A stretch of 64,000 nucleotides of DNA from Balanoglossus misakiensis (Eukaryota; Animalia; Hemichordata): positions 6,659,849 through 6,723,848 of the forward strand of contig CM082597.2 in NCBI GenBank assembly GCA_040954595.2. The letters are read 5' to 3'. The notes beneath the pieces were generated by a model. It was not told the origin of the DNA, made no database searches, and saw nothing but the letters and a program-made list of their open reading frames with translations. Both the position numbers and the translations under genes were made by a program. Of the stretch, positions 1-14,180 are shown piece after piece; position 1 is the stretch's first letter; the number at the start of each line of letters is the position of its first letter.

Positions 1-314
1 CACTCACTCACTCACCCACCCAACAAACCAACCACCCACCCACCCGTTAAAATTGCTTTGTCTGATAACTAAAGATTTTATCCTTAGGGCGGCCAAAAAT
101 AGCATTTTCATCTAGACAAGGAATGGACAACGGAGAGATTTAAAAACAGACTATTTTTGTTTTCTGTTCCATAGATCAGGGATACATTTTCTGTTTTCAT
201 TACGGTATTTGTCAGGTGAACACATTAGCTACATTGTAAGTATAGAAATATGAATTTAGATTCTCACCAAAATTCATTTCGCAGCTATTACAAATTACTA
301 TGCAAATTTTACAT

Positions 315-372
315 ATTCATTCATTCATTCATTCATTCATTCATTCATTTAATCATACATACATACATACAT

Positions 373-463
<91 letters not shown>

Positions 464-534
464 TACACACATACATACATACATACATACATACATACAT
501 ACATACATACATACATACATACATACATACATAC
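315..534. repeat. Compound microsatellite (ATTC)n-(ATAC)n-(AC)n-(ATAC)n
   Basis: Directly visible; accounts for the spurious HT/CV-rich ORFs at 250-715. Confidence 0.97.
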
Positions 535-1708
535 GAAGTATGCTGTTGGACTGGTCCGATACAAAGTGCTCAATACAAAAGTAGAGTGGAGTATAAAGTA
601 GGGTAGTAGGAGAAACGAAAGGCGGTAAAATCTCTACAACGCTGTTTCGCGAGTCACTGGGCTCACTCATCAGGAGACCAAACTGGCGAAAATGCAAGGG
701 GGAAGGCGCGTTCATATGCAGGTACGCAGATGGTGGAATGTATGTTGGGGTGGGCCGTTTTGCATAACAATATGTGTAGCTGCATGGTTTGACTCAATTA
801 ATAGAAATTCTGCATATGTCTTGTAAATATACATCTCTCTTGAGTGTATAGGCTTATATATGATATACAATGTCCTGCTTTCCATGCATTGTACACGGCA
901 ATGATGCTACAATACAGATTCCCAGAGGTTAGATATTGAGAGAGTTGCTTTTAATTTATTTATGGTCCCTTTTTATTCTCAAACTGTGCAATTCTAGACA
1001 GACAATTTGCCACGTTCCACCGCTTCTCACGTTATCAGCACATTTTCATTATTCAACTGATAATTTACATCTGCTGTGGGATATGTCACAATTACAGAAT
1101 ACTATAACTCCGCCAATTAATGACAAGTACAATAACGGGTTATTACAATGACAAGTGACAGTAATGGTTATTACAAAACATAAAATATTGATCAATGTAT
1201 ACATGTATATATCCTATCCTGGCACATTACAAAGACATGTGTAAATTACATCGAACTATATGATTTTTATAAACCTCCGTCAATGCTCATTTCAGACCCA
1301 TCGGTCCTTGTGTTTCTGTCCAGCGTAAGCGCACTGGGCAAGAACAATGTAAGAGTGCGAAAAGTGTCGCAGTACAATTATGAAACAGTGTATTACTCCG
1401 CCTGACTACAGACAAACACAATCAATCATAGACGTACGCAACCTAACAAAATGCAATTCTTTTTTAAACATCAAATTTTCATCCAAACGCTTCTCTTTCG
1501 GACACCTCTAGCTAAATATACATCTATGCTTTTTACTTGATTCATTATCACCTAAAAACTCTTTCCAAAACTGCAATATGAACATTTCTTGCTTCATAAA
1601 GTCTAAAAAACACGAACACATTTTGAATGCTACATCATCTGTTTAGAACTCGCCCGAAAAGCTTATCTTGTCACATACATGTATGTAGACCCAAAGGTCG
1701 CCCCTGTG

Positions 1709-2243
1709 CTAAACGTGGAATCGTCCATCAGATTCAACAACTCCCACCATTGCACTGAAAACAGTCAGGTGATTACACAGACACAGGGTAGAATTGAAGT
1801 CGGATTTTGGTGACACCTGCAAGATATCAAGCAGAAAAAAACGTGATGACAAAGCATTGGGCGTTTCTTTGCAAGTGAAACAAGATCAAACACCTGGTTC
1901 AAATCCCAGCGTTAATTTAAACAAGGAAAAGCGCCCCCACGTGAATCAGTACATTTTGTACGTTTACGGTATTTTCCATGTGTCAGTATTAATTCTAAGA
2001 TGCAGTACCTTGTTCTGCATTTTAAGTTTTTGTTGCAAATTTATCCATAGTAACCACTGAAATCACACTGATTGCCACTTGTCTTTAAATTTCATCAATC
2101 GCAAGTACATGGAGCATTTCAACTTGTGCAAAATTTAGAAGAAATTAATTTGTATACCTTACAACCATCATTTTGCCAGTTAGTCTCATCAAAGTAACTA
2201 CATCTGTGTTGAGTAGTGAGAACAGTGATGTCAACCCCACGGG
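1709..2243 (-). CDS. Two GPS (GPCR proteolysis site) exons of gene A
   Basis: C-x-YF..W..DGC / CLCNHL|TVF matches the GPS consensus; stop codon TAG at 1709-1711. Confidence 0.85.
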
Positions 2244-5200
2244 CTGTAGTGAAAAAAAGATATACAGAACTGAGGTTACATCAACATATTCCATATAAAA
2301 CCAACTGGTGTGTCTGTAAGGTAGTGTGCACCCAGAAAATGAAATTCATAAACTTTTGTATTATACTGCTAAAGGCAAAAGAAATACAGAACGCATACCA
2401 CGTGTTTTGTGTACACCTTTGTATGGAGGCCGATTAAACGGGTTGAGCTCCCGTTTAATATATCACTTGATCACATTGCAACATACAGTCACAATTGGGC
2501 ATCGACAAGAAGTAAATGTATAACAATCAGTAAGCATATTTAGATAAACATAAGTAAGCATATTTAGATGGACCCATCTAAGCTCGATAGTAAAATTAGA
2601 AAATTGGGAAAGCTATATTAAAACCGCAAGATCGTAGTATAACTTTCTACATATGCATGTTCGTTTTTGAAATTAAAAAGAAGCATAAACAGCAAAAAAA
2701 AAGAAAAGAAAACACAACTATGTGTTGCAATCAACGATCATTGTGCAATAGTCGTATTAATTATGTAAATACCACAATCTTACCACTGGTAAGGTCAAAG
2801 AATATGTAATACAAGCCCGTCCTGGTGATCTTTGCTTCTGGTAGAAATATGGATGCTGTACACCCTGCAAATACCAAGTCAGTTACATAATGGAAATCAC
2901 TGTAGCCATCGACGGCGTCAAGTCTTTCCAGTGACATGTATGCTGTAGTAGTCTCGAAGACAGGCGCTGATGCTTCCAGGATTATTTGAAATGCAGAGTA
3001 GGCCGATAGCGCCTGCAACGAAAATAATGAGAAATCGACGCATGATAAACTTCACATAATGAAATTTGTGAGGTAACAGATAACACTATGTTTGAAATAA
3101 CACCAATACCATTAATACTCATGTTTGAGTTTTGCCCTGTTGATCAAATGGTTATGTTAAAGACTAGATCAGAAAACATGTAATGATCAGTGAACTTCAT
3201 ATAGTATGTGAAGATTACCGTTACTGTCAATGCATAGTTAGTGACTCCTTCACTTTCCACGTATAATCCCCTGACGATGCTTTCATTTATAGGTGTCTGA
3301 TAATTACCAAGCCATACACCGAGATCCTCTGATGCATTTTTCACTGAAAATAAAAATGTTATGTTATAACTCAAACTGATTTCAAAAGTATATTCACAGA
3401 TTGGTCATTAATCTAGTTACGCCCTCCAAGATGAAATTATGAGCGAGTATTTGTATACAAATATGTTGCTTAGTTTCTAGGTAAAGTTGTTTTAAAGAAG
3501 GAATTCGCCTTTTCCAGTTTAAATTGTGCATCGTTACGACAATGGTGACACAGGACATGCTCCATGCCTAATGAATAACCCCTTAAGACAAGGCGTTCCA
3601 GAGAGGCAACTTCTTTCCCCTGAACATTTCAAGTATTGTTGTGAGTTCCCAAAGAATGTTAGGATGCCACTTTTGGCCTTAATGAAAACCAACCTTTAAT
3701 CTCATTACCATCTTCATCTCTGAATTCCAAGGTCAGTATATCGGTAGTAAAGCCATATGTCTCATTTGCCAATCTGTGGGGATTTACACCCAAACGGAAA
3801 ATCTAAAGGCAAAAAATTACTTTAATTATTCTTGAGCATAAGGACACAAGATGACAACAACATATACTGTACATAAAACCAAAGATCATCATTAAAATAT
3901 AGTATGGGCTAATTTTTTTAAAATCAATTGCAACGGATGCATTGACTCAACACAAATATCAGCCTACAATTCATTCCATTAATGATTGCAAGATCACTGG
4001 GACGTCACATTATAGTTTACTGGCGGAAAAGTCCTAACGACCAATAGTATACAAATATCAATATAGAAGTATAAAGCAGTGTATGATTGAAAATGAAATA
4101 TTTTTTTTCTGATTATAGACGTTGTATACGAACCATCACGTTCAAGACTGTGTCCTGCGACAACTGTGGAAACATGGTGTCTGCTGGTGGAATATTGAAT
4201 CCACTTCCATCTCCAATCATTATACTGGTGTCGCACAAGTCCTGCGTAAAGTTCTTTTCCAGATGCAGCACAAGAGAAGAAGTGTTCACGATGATTGGTC
4301 CATGTCCATAATTAGCCTCGTTCAGTATAAACATTGATAGCTGGCGGAATACTTTCGTTGTTATCTTTGTCAGGTGATTTGCCTGCCCGGGTTTCAGCCT
4401 GTCGCTCGGATTGGCGTCAATTAGGGACTGCATTCTGTCTACCACATTTTGCATAACATTCAGTGTTTCTGAAATTTATAATTATTGACATTTAAAACTT
4501 TCTCACTCTGTCGGTCTGCATCGGCTATTGCATCATACGCCGGTTGATAATAAGTGTGTCTCTTTTCTCGTATCCATCAGCTTTTGGAATTGCCCAATGC
4601 TTAGTTTTTCTGAGAATAACATAATTGATGGACACCAATTATCTGCATGATTCATTGAAACAAACGAAGTATAGTTGACACATATTCGATACGCTTAGGG
4701 ATTGTAGGGTTCTACATTTCTGCGTATGATACCATTATCGTATTTACATCATTGAATGATATTTAATGCGGACGGTGTTGAAATACATAATGACGTCACG
4801 GATCATTGCGGTCTTAAATAAAAAAGATCACAATACCTTTTGCAAATAGAATTCTTCCTTCAAATATGATACTTTTATTTAAGAGGTCAGAGGTTAAAGT
4901 GTCCACCTTGTCAATTACACTAATACCCTGGCAAAAGAAAATACAGCTATTTAGTATGTGGTTGTCACAAAATAGTCATATCCCATAAAGACATTTAAAG
5001 TACGTTTAAGTGGACGTCGCTAACTTGTGGCTTTTTACACTACAGTGCATTACATCAGTCTCAAATGATTGAAACCTTTCTTACCACATCTGCTGTTCTG
5101 AATTCATCGTCACTTATCCTGACCAAGCTCTCCCGCAGCAGAAGTAAGTCATCTGAATGTTGCAAATGTAAAAGACAGATGATGTGAGAGGTGCCAAAAT

Positions 5201-8200
5201 ATTATGTGTTGTATTTATAAAATTGAGAAGGCATTCGTGACTTAAAAATAGTACATGAATATATAACATTTTCAGGGGACATCTTTACTCCGTTGTCAAC
5301 AACCTCCTTTCATGTCAAGTCAGTCATAAATAATTTCAATGTCATGCATTCCTTTATCTGTGTATACTAATGAAATCGGTAAAAATAATCTCATACAAAA
5401 GTCATCGCGAGATCAAACATGCCAATAATCATGCCAATAATGTCCATGAAACATTTGGATATTATTATTCGACTCCCTTGTATGTACACGGCACTAAGTT
5501 GACACATGCAAAGGCAAGCAGACGAATATGGTCTTCAATCAACTTGACTATTATCTAGAGTTTCACTTAGTTTTAAACCGATATAACCCAACGGAATGTT
5601 TATGTCCACACTGAAGTTAAGGCGCTGCAATAGTTTCAGTCATTGTTCCTTCTCTTCCTATACACTGCAGGACCATCATTTAACCGTCTTGTGGCGGAAC
5701 AATACAACTTTTGTTTCAATTATCCATTTACCGAAAGCAACAAGAGATGGTCCATTACACATACAGGCATTTCCAATGTGACTCCCTTCCAACGCATATA
5801 AATGTAGTTACCATGCGTATGCATTTGTCGACTTTCCATGTATCATGGCATATGTTGAATGTTTACACACCACAGAACTACACAGGTGGTCAACTATGCA
5901 GGAAAGGCTGATGTCCCAACTACTTACTTTTATCCTCGCAAACAACCAGTTTATTCTCAGTGCAGTTTTCAAGGGACCATATGGTTTTTCTACTAATTAT
6001 TTCGTCGTCGCAACTGTATAACAAATTATTGTTTAAGACTTGTTCAATGATTGCTGTACAGTGTCAATAGTGATCTCTACATAATGCGGGTTGGTCATAA
6101 GGCCACATTTTGCATTATTTGAATAAAATCATTATTGACAAGGCATACCCTGGCTTAGTTTTCCAAAGTCGTTCAATATAAAAACTCAATCTTGACATGG
6201 GCAGGGTTCCGATTACTTTCTTACATCCACTGTCTTTCATATTGTAAGGCACATGTTGGAATTGTAATGCAATCAGCGTTAGCTGTAGAGTACCATGCTC
6301 AAAGTATGCTTTGCAATTCAGACGATATGCCAGATTAAGTTGATAAAATACCAGAAATAGTGCAAAATACTGATTGTAACCTTTAAGATAAGAAACACGT
6401 GTTGCAACAAGCATACACACATTTAACTGTCATCTTTTCTCCAATGTAATCTCGAAAGTTCCAACGCCTATGACAGCTAGTTAAAATTATTAAAGAAAGG
6501 GAAAAACATGCATACGGTTCTAGCAACGCGGAATACAGCGTGAACAAAGAGTGACTCACTTTGCGTAAACGCACAATCCGACTTCTAATCGCACGTTGCC
6601 AATAAAGGGCGTGTATTCCAATATAAAACCACTGGCTGTCTTGACTTTGCCATCTGCCGCGATGAAAGCATCAATCCACACATTCTGCACCATTGGACCG
6701 CCGAAACAGTACTGGTCGTAATCCCATGGGGTTGTGTCGGTTAGAAGACGTAACCCAAACTTTTCACATACCTGGTGTGCATCAACCACGCTCCTCATGC
6801 GAGTCGTAGTTAAGTCGAAAGAAGCTGCAAATGAGATAAACGTAATTTATTTCCCTTAAAATCCTCTAAAGCTGCCACTTTTTGCATTATTTTCACGATT
6901 TTATTTTCCAACTTAAATTGATCCATCTAAATAAGCCTACTAGTTGAGAGGTATACATGAACACCTTATCGATGCCCGATTGTGACTGCATGTTGCAATT
7001 TTGAACATGTATTAAATAGGTGCCGCACCGATTTAATCAGCCTCCATACAAACAGTACGCAGCTATCGTGGTATGCGTCGCCAAGGGATGACAAACTGAT
7101 GCAATTGCAGGTAATACGGTATAATGGTGAGGATTTTAGAGGATAGGGAATAAATTTGAAGTATTTTACTGCGGAAATAATGTGAAATTTGGCAGCTATA
7201 GAGGCTTTAAAATAAATGTCTATAATGATTTAGTGTTTCTAATTAAGCGTTTATTTGTCGTCTGTATAATAAGAAAAATGGCGAAAAAACACCGATAAGT
7301 ATCTACATATATTTCGTAAATAAACCAAATACATGTTATATCAATTTAAGAAGGTGATTGTTTCATATACATAAAGAGGCAAATGTTATAAAGATACATA
7401 AATTAAAAACGTGTCTTTCCACTTGAACAAACAAAGATAGGTCGATCAGTCATAAGGAAAAGTATGAAGTAAGTGTCAAAGAATTAATTGAACTAGAACT
7501 TACTCGCATTTTCACACAAAACCAACGATAGAGGGCCGAAGGTGCCGTTCGTGCCACATCCAAAATTTTTCCATGTGCCATTCCTGGTAATTGAAAGGTC
7601 AAGTAATAATATGTTATCTCCACTCATTAACGCCGATCAACCATCAAACAACAATGGAGAATTCAATCCACGTGATCTTAAATTGTCAGAAACATGAGAT
7701 AAATTTGTTAGATTGTTGTACCACATTTTTGCAGAGACAGGTTTTTGTTCAACGGTAAAATGGACATATCTCACAGTTTCCGATTGAAATTTTCCCTAGG
7801 GATCCATCCTCGATTATATTTTCCTATCACGTGACGGATTATGGCGAATCACAACACAGTATTAGCATGAGGTATACTATAATGTATACTACAAAACGTT
7901 TTCTGCAATTTCTCCTTAACGGTTGACTCCAAAGACAATGGAGAATAAAGTCTACATGATCTAAAATTGGCAGAAACTTAAATAAATCAGAGTTAGATTG
8001 TTGTAACACATTTTGTTGTAAAAGTTTGATAAACGATGAGATAAATCTGGACATATCTCACAGTTTCCGATTGAAATTTTCCATAAAAAGGAGCCATGTG
8101 TACGCAATTACAAAAGAGATAAAATTGTGAAGATATTGTCCATTGTAAAAACTGCATGTCTTTAAATTGTCAATCAACTCTGACCCTACTGATTCTCCAT

Positions 8201-11200
8201 TCTGAGCTTCTGCGCATGACACAGAATGATTGCTTCAAGTTTAGTTGTATTATAATGAGCACAAAAATCACACATTTCTTCATATTTGAATATAGTTTGA
8301 AAACGCTGAACTCACGCCAGTGCGAGACACTCTCCATCATTTTCTGAAAAATCTGTACTCCAGGGCTTGTGAGTCAAAATGTCCCCGTCTCTTGTGACTA
8401 CGCTTCCGTTGTCAGTCAGTCGAGCATCTATCCATAATTTAGTGTATGGAATAAAGCCTCGTCCTTTTAAACTGTTTACTATAGCTGCGTGTTTTTCTTC
8501 GCTGTCATCTTTAACAAGACGGAGACCTAATCGCTCACAAAAACTGTAGGCAGAAGGGTGATCCATATACCCGAAAACGTGGTAGGTGACGCAACCTGGA
8601 AATAAAATCGTTATTCTTATGACAGTCAGTTTAAACAATCACAAAATAATAAGATTCATGTGCTTCTGTTTTCAGGCCTAGGTAAGAAATATCAGCAAAG
8701 CGGCGAATCTACACCGTCTAGATGGAAAGAAAGGCTGTCAAGCAGCAAAACCTAGATAGTATAGCTGCAATTCCCTGGATTTTTCCCGAAACTGCGTTGG
8801 ATTTCAAAATGGCGATCAGGAGTACAAACACTCGCTAACTGCAAGTTTTTCCTGATATTTATGTGTTTAAAAGCAACATTATGGAATAACATGTAGCGCG
8901 TTCTGGGACTAGTGAATTTACAAATAGTTGTGCCAAACGATTTTGTGAAACTCTCAATACTACTGAAGAAGATAGAAAAAAACTCGGACACGTCTCTAGC
9001 TATACATTGCTGCAGGGCCCTTGTGTCTTACCGCCGGCGAGCCCCCAAGGAATCACCGTAAGATACACATCCCTGTAACTGTAAGTTTATCCCGATATTT
9101 ACTTAAATGAATGAATGAATGAAAAGCAACATTTTGGAATAACATGTAACGAGTTCAGGGACTAGTGAATTTACAAATAGTAGTGCCAAACGATTTTGTT
9201 AAACTCTCAATACTTTTGTAGAAGATAAAAAAAAACTAGGAGTACGGACAAGACTAGCTATGCATGGCTGCAGGGCCCTTGTGTCTTACCGCCGGCGAGC
9301 CCCCAAGGCATCACCGTAAGATACACATCCCTGTAACTGTAAGTTTATCCCAATATTTACTTGAATGAATGAATGAATGAAAAGCAACATTTTGGAATAA
9401 CATGTAGCGCGTTCAGGGACTAAGCGTTTGAAAATAGTTGTGCCAAACGATTTTGTTGAACTCTCAATACTACTGAAGAAGATAGAAAAAAACTCGGAGC
9501 ACGGACACGTCTCTAGCTGTGCATGGCTTCAGGGCCCTTGTGTCTTACGGCCGGTGAGCACCCAAGGCATCACCGTAGGATACACATTCCTGTAACTGTA
9601 AGTTTATCCCGATATTTACTTGAATGAATGAATGAATGAAAAGCAACATTTTGGAATAACATGTAGCGCGTTCAGGGACTAATGCGTTTGAAAATAGTTG
9701 TGCCAAACGATTTTGTTGAACTCTCAATACTTTTGAAGAAGATAGAAAAAAACTCGGAGCACGGACACGTCTCTAGCTGTGCATGGCTGCAGGGCCCCTG
9801 TGTCTTACGGCCGGCGAGCCCCCAAGGCATCACCGTAAGGTACACATTCCTGTAACTGTAAGTTTATCCCGATATTTACTTGAATGAATGAATGAATGAA
9901 TGAATGAATGAATGAATGAATGAATGAATGAATGAATGAAAAGCAACATGTTGGAATAACATGTAGCGCGTTCAGGGACTCGTGAATTTACATATAGTAG
10001 TGCCAAACGATTTTGTGAAACTCTCAATACTTTTGTAGAAGATAAAAAAACTCGGAGTACGGACACGTCTAGCTATGCATGGCTTCAGGGCCCTTGTGTC
10101 TTACGGCCGGCGAGCCCCCAATGCATCACCGTAAGATACACATCCCTGTAACTGTAAGTTTATCCCGATATTTACTTGAATGAATGAATGAAAAGCAACA
10201 TTTTGGAATAACATGTAGCGCGTTCAGGGACTAGTGAACTTACATATAGTAGTGCCAAACGATTTTGTGAAACTCTCAATACTTTTGTAGAAGATAAAAA
10301 AACTAGGAGTACGGACACGTCTAGCTATGCATGGCTTCAGGGCCCTTGTGTCTAACGGCCGGCGAGCCCCCCAAGGCATCACCGTAGGATACGAAGCCCT
10401 GTAACTGGAAGTTTATCCCGAATGAATAAAAAGCAACATTTTGTAATAACATGTAACGCGTTCAGGGACTAATGCGTTTGAAAATGGTTGTGCCAACCGA
10501 TTTTGTTGAACTCTCAATAATTTTGTAGAAGATAAAAAAACTAGGAGTACGGACACGTCTAGCTATGCATGGCTGCAGGGCCCTTGTGTCTTACCGCCGG
10601 CGAGCCCCCAATGCATCACCGTAGGATACACATCCCTGTAACTGTAAGTTTATCCCGATATTTACTTGAATGAATGAATGAATGAAAAGCAACATTTTGG
10701 AATAACATGTAGCGCGTTCTGGGACTAGTATATTTACAAATAGTTGTGCCAACCGATTTTGTTGAACTCTCAATACTTTTGAAGAAGATAGAAAAAAAGA
10801 TCGTAGCACGGACACGTCTCTAGCTGTGCATGGCTTCAGGGCCCTTGTGTCTTGCGGCCGGCGAGCCCCCAATGCATCACCGTAGGATACACATCCTTGT
10901 AACTGTAAGTTTATCCCGATATTTACTTGAATGAATGAATGAATGAAAAGCAACATTTTGGAATAACATGTAGCGCATTCAGGGACTAGTGAATTTACAT
11001 ATAGTAGTGCCAAACGATTTTGTGAAACTCTCAATACTTTTGTACAAGATAAAAAAACTCGGAGTACGGACATGTCTAGCTATGCAAGGCTTCAGGGCCC
11101 TTGTGTCTTACGGCCGGCGAGCCCCCCAAGGCATCACCGTAGGATACACATCCCTGTAACTGTAAGTTTATCCCGATATTTACTTGAATGAATGAATGAA

Positions 11201-12433
11201 TGAATGAATGAATGAATGAATGAATGAATGAATGAATGAATGAAAAGCAACATGTTGGAATAACATGTAGCGCGTTCAGGGACTAGTGAATTTACATATA
11301 GTAGTGCCAAACGATTTTGTGAAACTCTCAATACTTTTGTAGAAGATAAAAAAACTCGGAGCACGGACACGTCTCTAGCTATGCATGGCTGCAGGGCCCT
11401 TGTGTCTTACGGCCGGTGAGCACCCAAGGCATCACCGTAAGGTACACAGCCCTGTAACTGTAAGTTTATCCCGATATTTACATGAATGAATGAATGAATC
11501 AATGAATGAAACGCAACATTTTGGAATAACATGTAGCACGTTCAGGGAATAATGCGTTTGAAAATAGTTGTGCCAAACGATTTTGTTTAACTCTCAATAC
11601 TTTTGAAGAAGATAGAAAAAAAAACTCGGAGCACGGACACGTCTCTAGCTATGCATGGCTTCAGGGCCCTTGTGTCTTACGGCCGGTGAGCCCCCAAGGC
11701 ATCACCGTAAGGTAAACAGCCCTGTAACTGTAAGTTTATCCCGATATTTACTTGTTTGAAAGCAACATTTTCGAATAACATGTAGCGCGTTCAGGGACTA
11801 ATGCGTTTGAAAATACTTGTGCCAAACGATTTTGTGAAACTCTCAATACTTTTGTAGAAGATAAAAAAAACTCCTCGGCGGTATCGCCGGCATTAAGACA
11901 CAAGGGTCCTGCAGCCATGCATAGCTAGACTTGTCCGTACTCCGATTTTTTTCTATCTTCAAAAAAGTATTGAGAGTTTAACAAAATCGTTTGGCACAAC
12001 TATTGTTAAATTCACTAGTCCCAGAACGCGCTACATTTTATTCCGAAATTTTGCTTTTAAACACCTAATATCAGGAAAAACTGACAGTTAGCGAGTGTTT
12101 ATACTCCTGATCGCCATTTTGAAATCCAACGGAATTTCGGGAAAAACCCCGGGAATTGCAGCTAGACTATCTAGGTTTTGCTGCTTGACAAACCCCTTGC
12201 GCAGCTAAATTATCTCGATTTCGCTGCTTGACAGCCTTTCTTTCCATCTAGACGGTGTAGATCTGCCGCTTTGCTGATATTTCTTACCTAGGCTTGGTTT
12301 TGAGGAATTAAAATGTCTTACCTGCTTGCTGCACTAATGTCACCGACAGAATGACGAATGTAGCGATGAGCGTTAACTTTAAGGGTATTTCACGACAATC
12401 TCGCAACATTTTACACCTTCTCAGGCGAGCCAT
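1709..12433 (-). CDS. Multi-exon gene A: signal peptide, 2 C-type lectin domains and polycystin-1-like (PKD1L/REJ-type) GAIN/GPS stalk; apparently secreted, no TM
   Basis: GT-AG exons read by eye: 12433-12322 (MARLRR...LTLIATFVILSVTLVQQA), 8595-8316 and 7583-7504 (CTL1: AYSFCERLGLRL..LWID..ECLAL..WKNFGC..VLCE), 6824-6560 and 5989-5928 (CTL2), 5152-5085, 4468-4134, 3802-3694 (NPH..TDILTLEFRDEDGNEI), 3343-3219, 3012-2784, 2243-2158 (CSYFDETNWQNDGCK), 1816-1709 (CLCNHLTVF..HV*). Phases are consistent except between 5085 and 4468, where 1-2 small exons could not be resolved. Confidence 0.75.
4134..4468 (-). CDS. Exon, GAIN-like stalk of gene A
   Basis: ORF 4113..4454 (GPIIVNTSSLVLHLEK..GFNIP); phase-compatible with the downstream exons. 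Confidence 0.65.
6560..6824 (-). CDS. Exon, C-type lectin domain 2 of gene A
   Basis: ORF 6556..6798 (DAHQVCEKFGLRL..VWIDA..GLCVY); canonical splice sites. Confidence 0.75.
6860..7206. mobile_element. MITE with TTAA flanks (Kolobok-like)
   Basis: Imperfect TIR aatcctctaaagctgcca / tggcagctatagaggct, with TTAA on both sides. Confidence 0.5.
8316..8595 (-). CDS. Exon, C-type lectin domain 1 of gene A
   Basis: ORF 8312..8638; CTL-like A..FC...G.RL and WID motifs; flanked by ttccag acceptor and gtgag donor. Confidence 0.8.
8673..12296. mobile_element. Foldback-type non-autonomous DNA transposon with ~400 bp TIRs, internal tandem array and 5-bp TSD GTTTT
   Basis: caggcctaggtaagaaatatcagc... at 8673 is the reverse complement of ...gctgatatttcttacctaggcttg ending at 12296. 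GTTTT at 8668-8672 and 12297-12301. The paralogous empty site ttctGTTTTgaggaac is near 23655-23670. Confidence 0.88.
8870..11875. repeat. Tandem array of ~11 units of ~250-300 bp, most with a variable (GAAT)n tract
   Basis: Recurring gggcccttgtgtctta..catcaccgta..ctgtaactgtaagtttatcccgata motif near 9015, 9273, 9532, 9792, 10088, 10340, 10578, 10839, 11096, 11394, 11664. Confidence 0.95.
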
Positions 12434-13084
12434 GGTTGCGAGTTGTGCGGCTAATCTGCGATCAACCTGTATATTAAAAGCTTGATAAGTTATGCGTGTT
12501 TTGCAAAGAATTGTAACTATTGGTAGAGAGAGCAAGGCACCATGGAGACGCTATGCCTTCGGGTTGTTTGGAACTGGAACGTTGCTGCGTCAATTGCCCC
12601 GCCCCTACACCTTTCTCAAGATAACAAGGAGAAAGTCTTTGTGTATGTACACACTTCAACTGCTGAAAGACATTAAAAGCGCACAGGGGACTTGACAAAT
12701 TATTATGTTTTGTAAAGAATTGCAACCACCGCAGAGAGCATGGGATAAATGGAGACGCTATGTCGTGCTCTTTCATGTTTTGTTAGCAGATACATCCTAC
12801 GGGTTGTTAGGGCCAACCAACTGGGACGTTAGTGCGTCAATTGTCCCTACCCTCGAGATAACAAGAAGATAGTCTTTGTGCATGTACACACGTTACCTGC
12901 TGAAGGGCACAATGAAAAATGTAAAGGGGTGCATGTTTGAACAAATACAATTCGTTGGAAATTAAATTTGAAAACAGTATTGCAAATATCGAATGCCAAG
13001 TTTCCCTTGTCTATTGTTTAACTTAAGGAATCACGTGTAAATATCAACTTTAATTCCTCAACTGTTTCACCCAACTAATGGAAT

Positions 13085-14180
13085 TTCGGCTTATTGTCCT
13101 GCAAATATACATTTCTCTTGAGTGTACATGTGATATATATTTAATGTCTTGCCTTTCATGCATTGACCACACAAATGATAATGCTACAATGCGGTTTCCC
13201 AGAGGTTAATCCTCCGGTAAGGGCCCCTGGATTAGATCTTAAGAGAGTGGCTTTAATTTATTTATGGTCACATTTTTATTCTCAAATTCTGTAGTTCTAA
13301 AAATACAATTTGTAATATTCTACCGCCTCTCATGTCATCTGCATTTAACATTTGCATTATTCAGATATTGACTTACTTCTGCTGCGGGATGTGTTGCTGA
13401 GGACATATGCGAGTATGAATTCAGCACATCTGGTATACAAAAGTATCTGCAAAATTTACCCAAATACGACATACACCCCTCCTCAATATCGACTTTCCCA
13501 AAATCGATCGTCTCCCACTACGCGAGGAATGCAACATTTTTAAATGCTTTCGACGAATGTGGCGATGATCGTTAACGTCAAAGGGATTTCACGACAACAT
13601 TGTAACAATTTACGTCTTCTCAGGCAATCCATGGTTGACAAATTTTGCATCTGACCCCAATCAATGACAATTCGGCGAATTGTCCCGCACTTATACATTT
13701 CCTTTGAGTGTACATGTGATATATATTCAATAACTTGTCTTTAGTGCATTGTCCACGTCAATAATAATGCTACAATACGGATTCCCAGAGGTTAACCCAT
13801 CGGTTAGGGTGCTGAGGTAGAATCTGAAAGAGTGGCTTTAATTTATTTATGGCAACATTTCTTATTCAAAATTCTAGAAATTCTGGCAATTCTAGAAATC
13901 CAATTGTTAGATTTTATCGCCTCTCATGTCATCTACATTTCACATTTGCATTATTCAGATGATGACTAACTTCCGCTGCGGGAGATGTCGGTGAAGATAA
14001 ATATGTCCAGGAATTCAAAACGGCACATATAGTGAGAAAGTATCTGCAAAATCTACCCAAATACGGCATAGTTTATTCCTCAAATATCCATTTTCCAAAA
14101 AATCGATTGTCTGCCATTATGTACAGTATGCAAACTTTTCAAAAGTTTTGTAAAGAACCCCATCGAGAAAAAGCTATTTT
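13085..14180. pseudogene. Scrambled fragments of further CTL-GPS paralogs
   Basis: Plus-strand copies of the DDLLLLRE exon near 13365-13430 and 13957-14030; minus-strand copy of exon 1 near 13545-13633; direct duplication of ~13095-13500 at ~13690-14120, also similar to ~820-1090. Confidence 0.6.

Noticed and set aside
250-715. His/Thr- and Cys/Val-rich ORFs
   Set aside because: Translations of microsatellites.
8870-11875. Possible CRISPR-like array or repeated ORFs
   Set aside because: The units are wholly homologous ~270 bp monomers with no unique spacers and no cas genes; eukaryotic satellite inside a foldback element.
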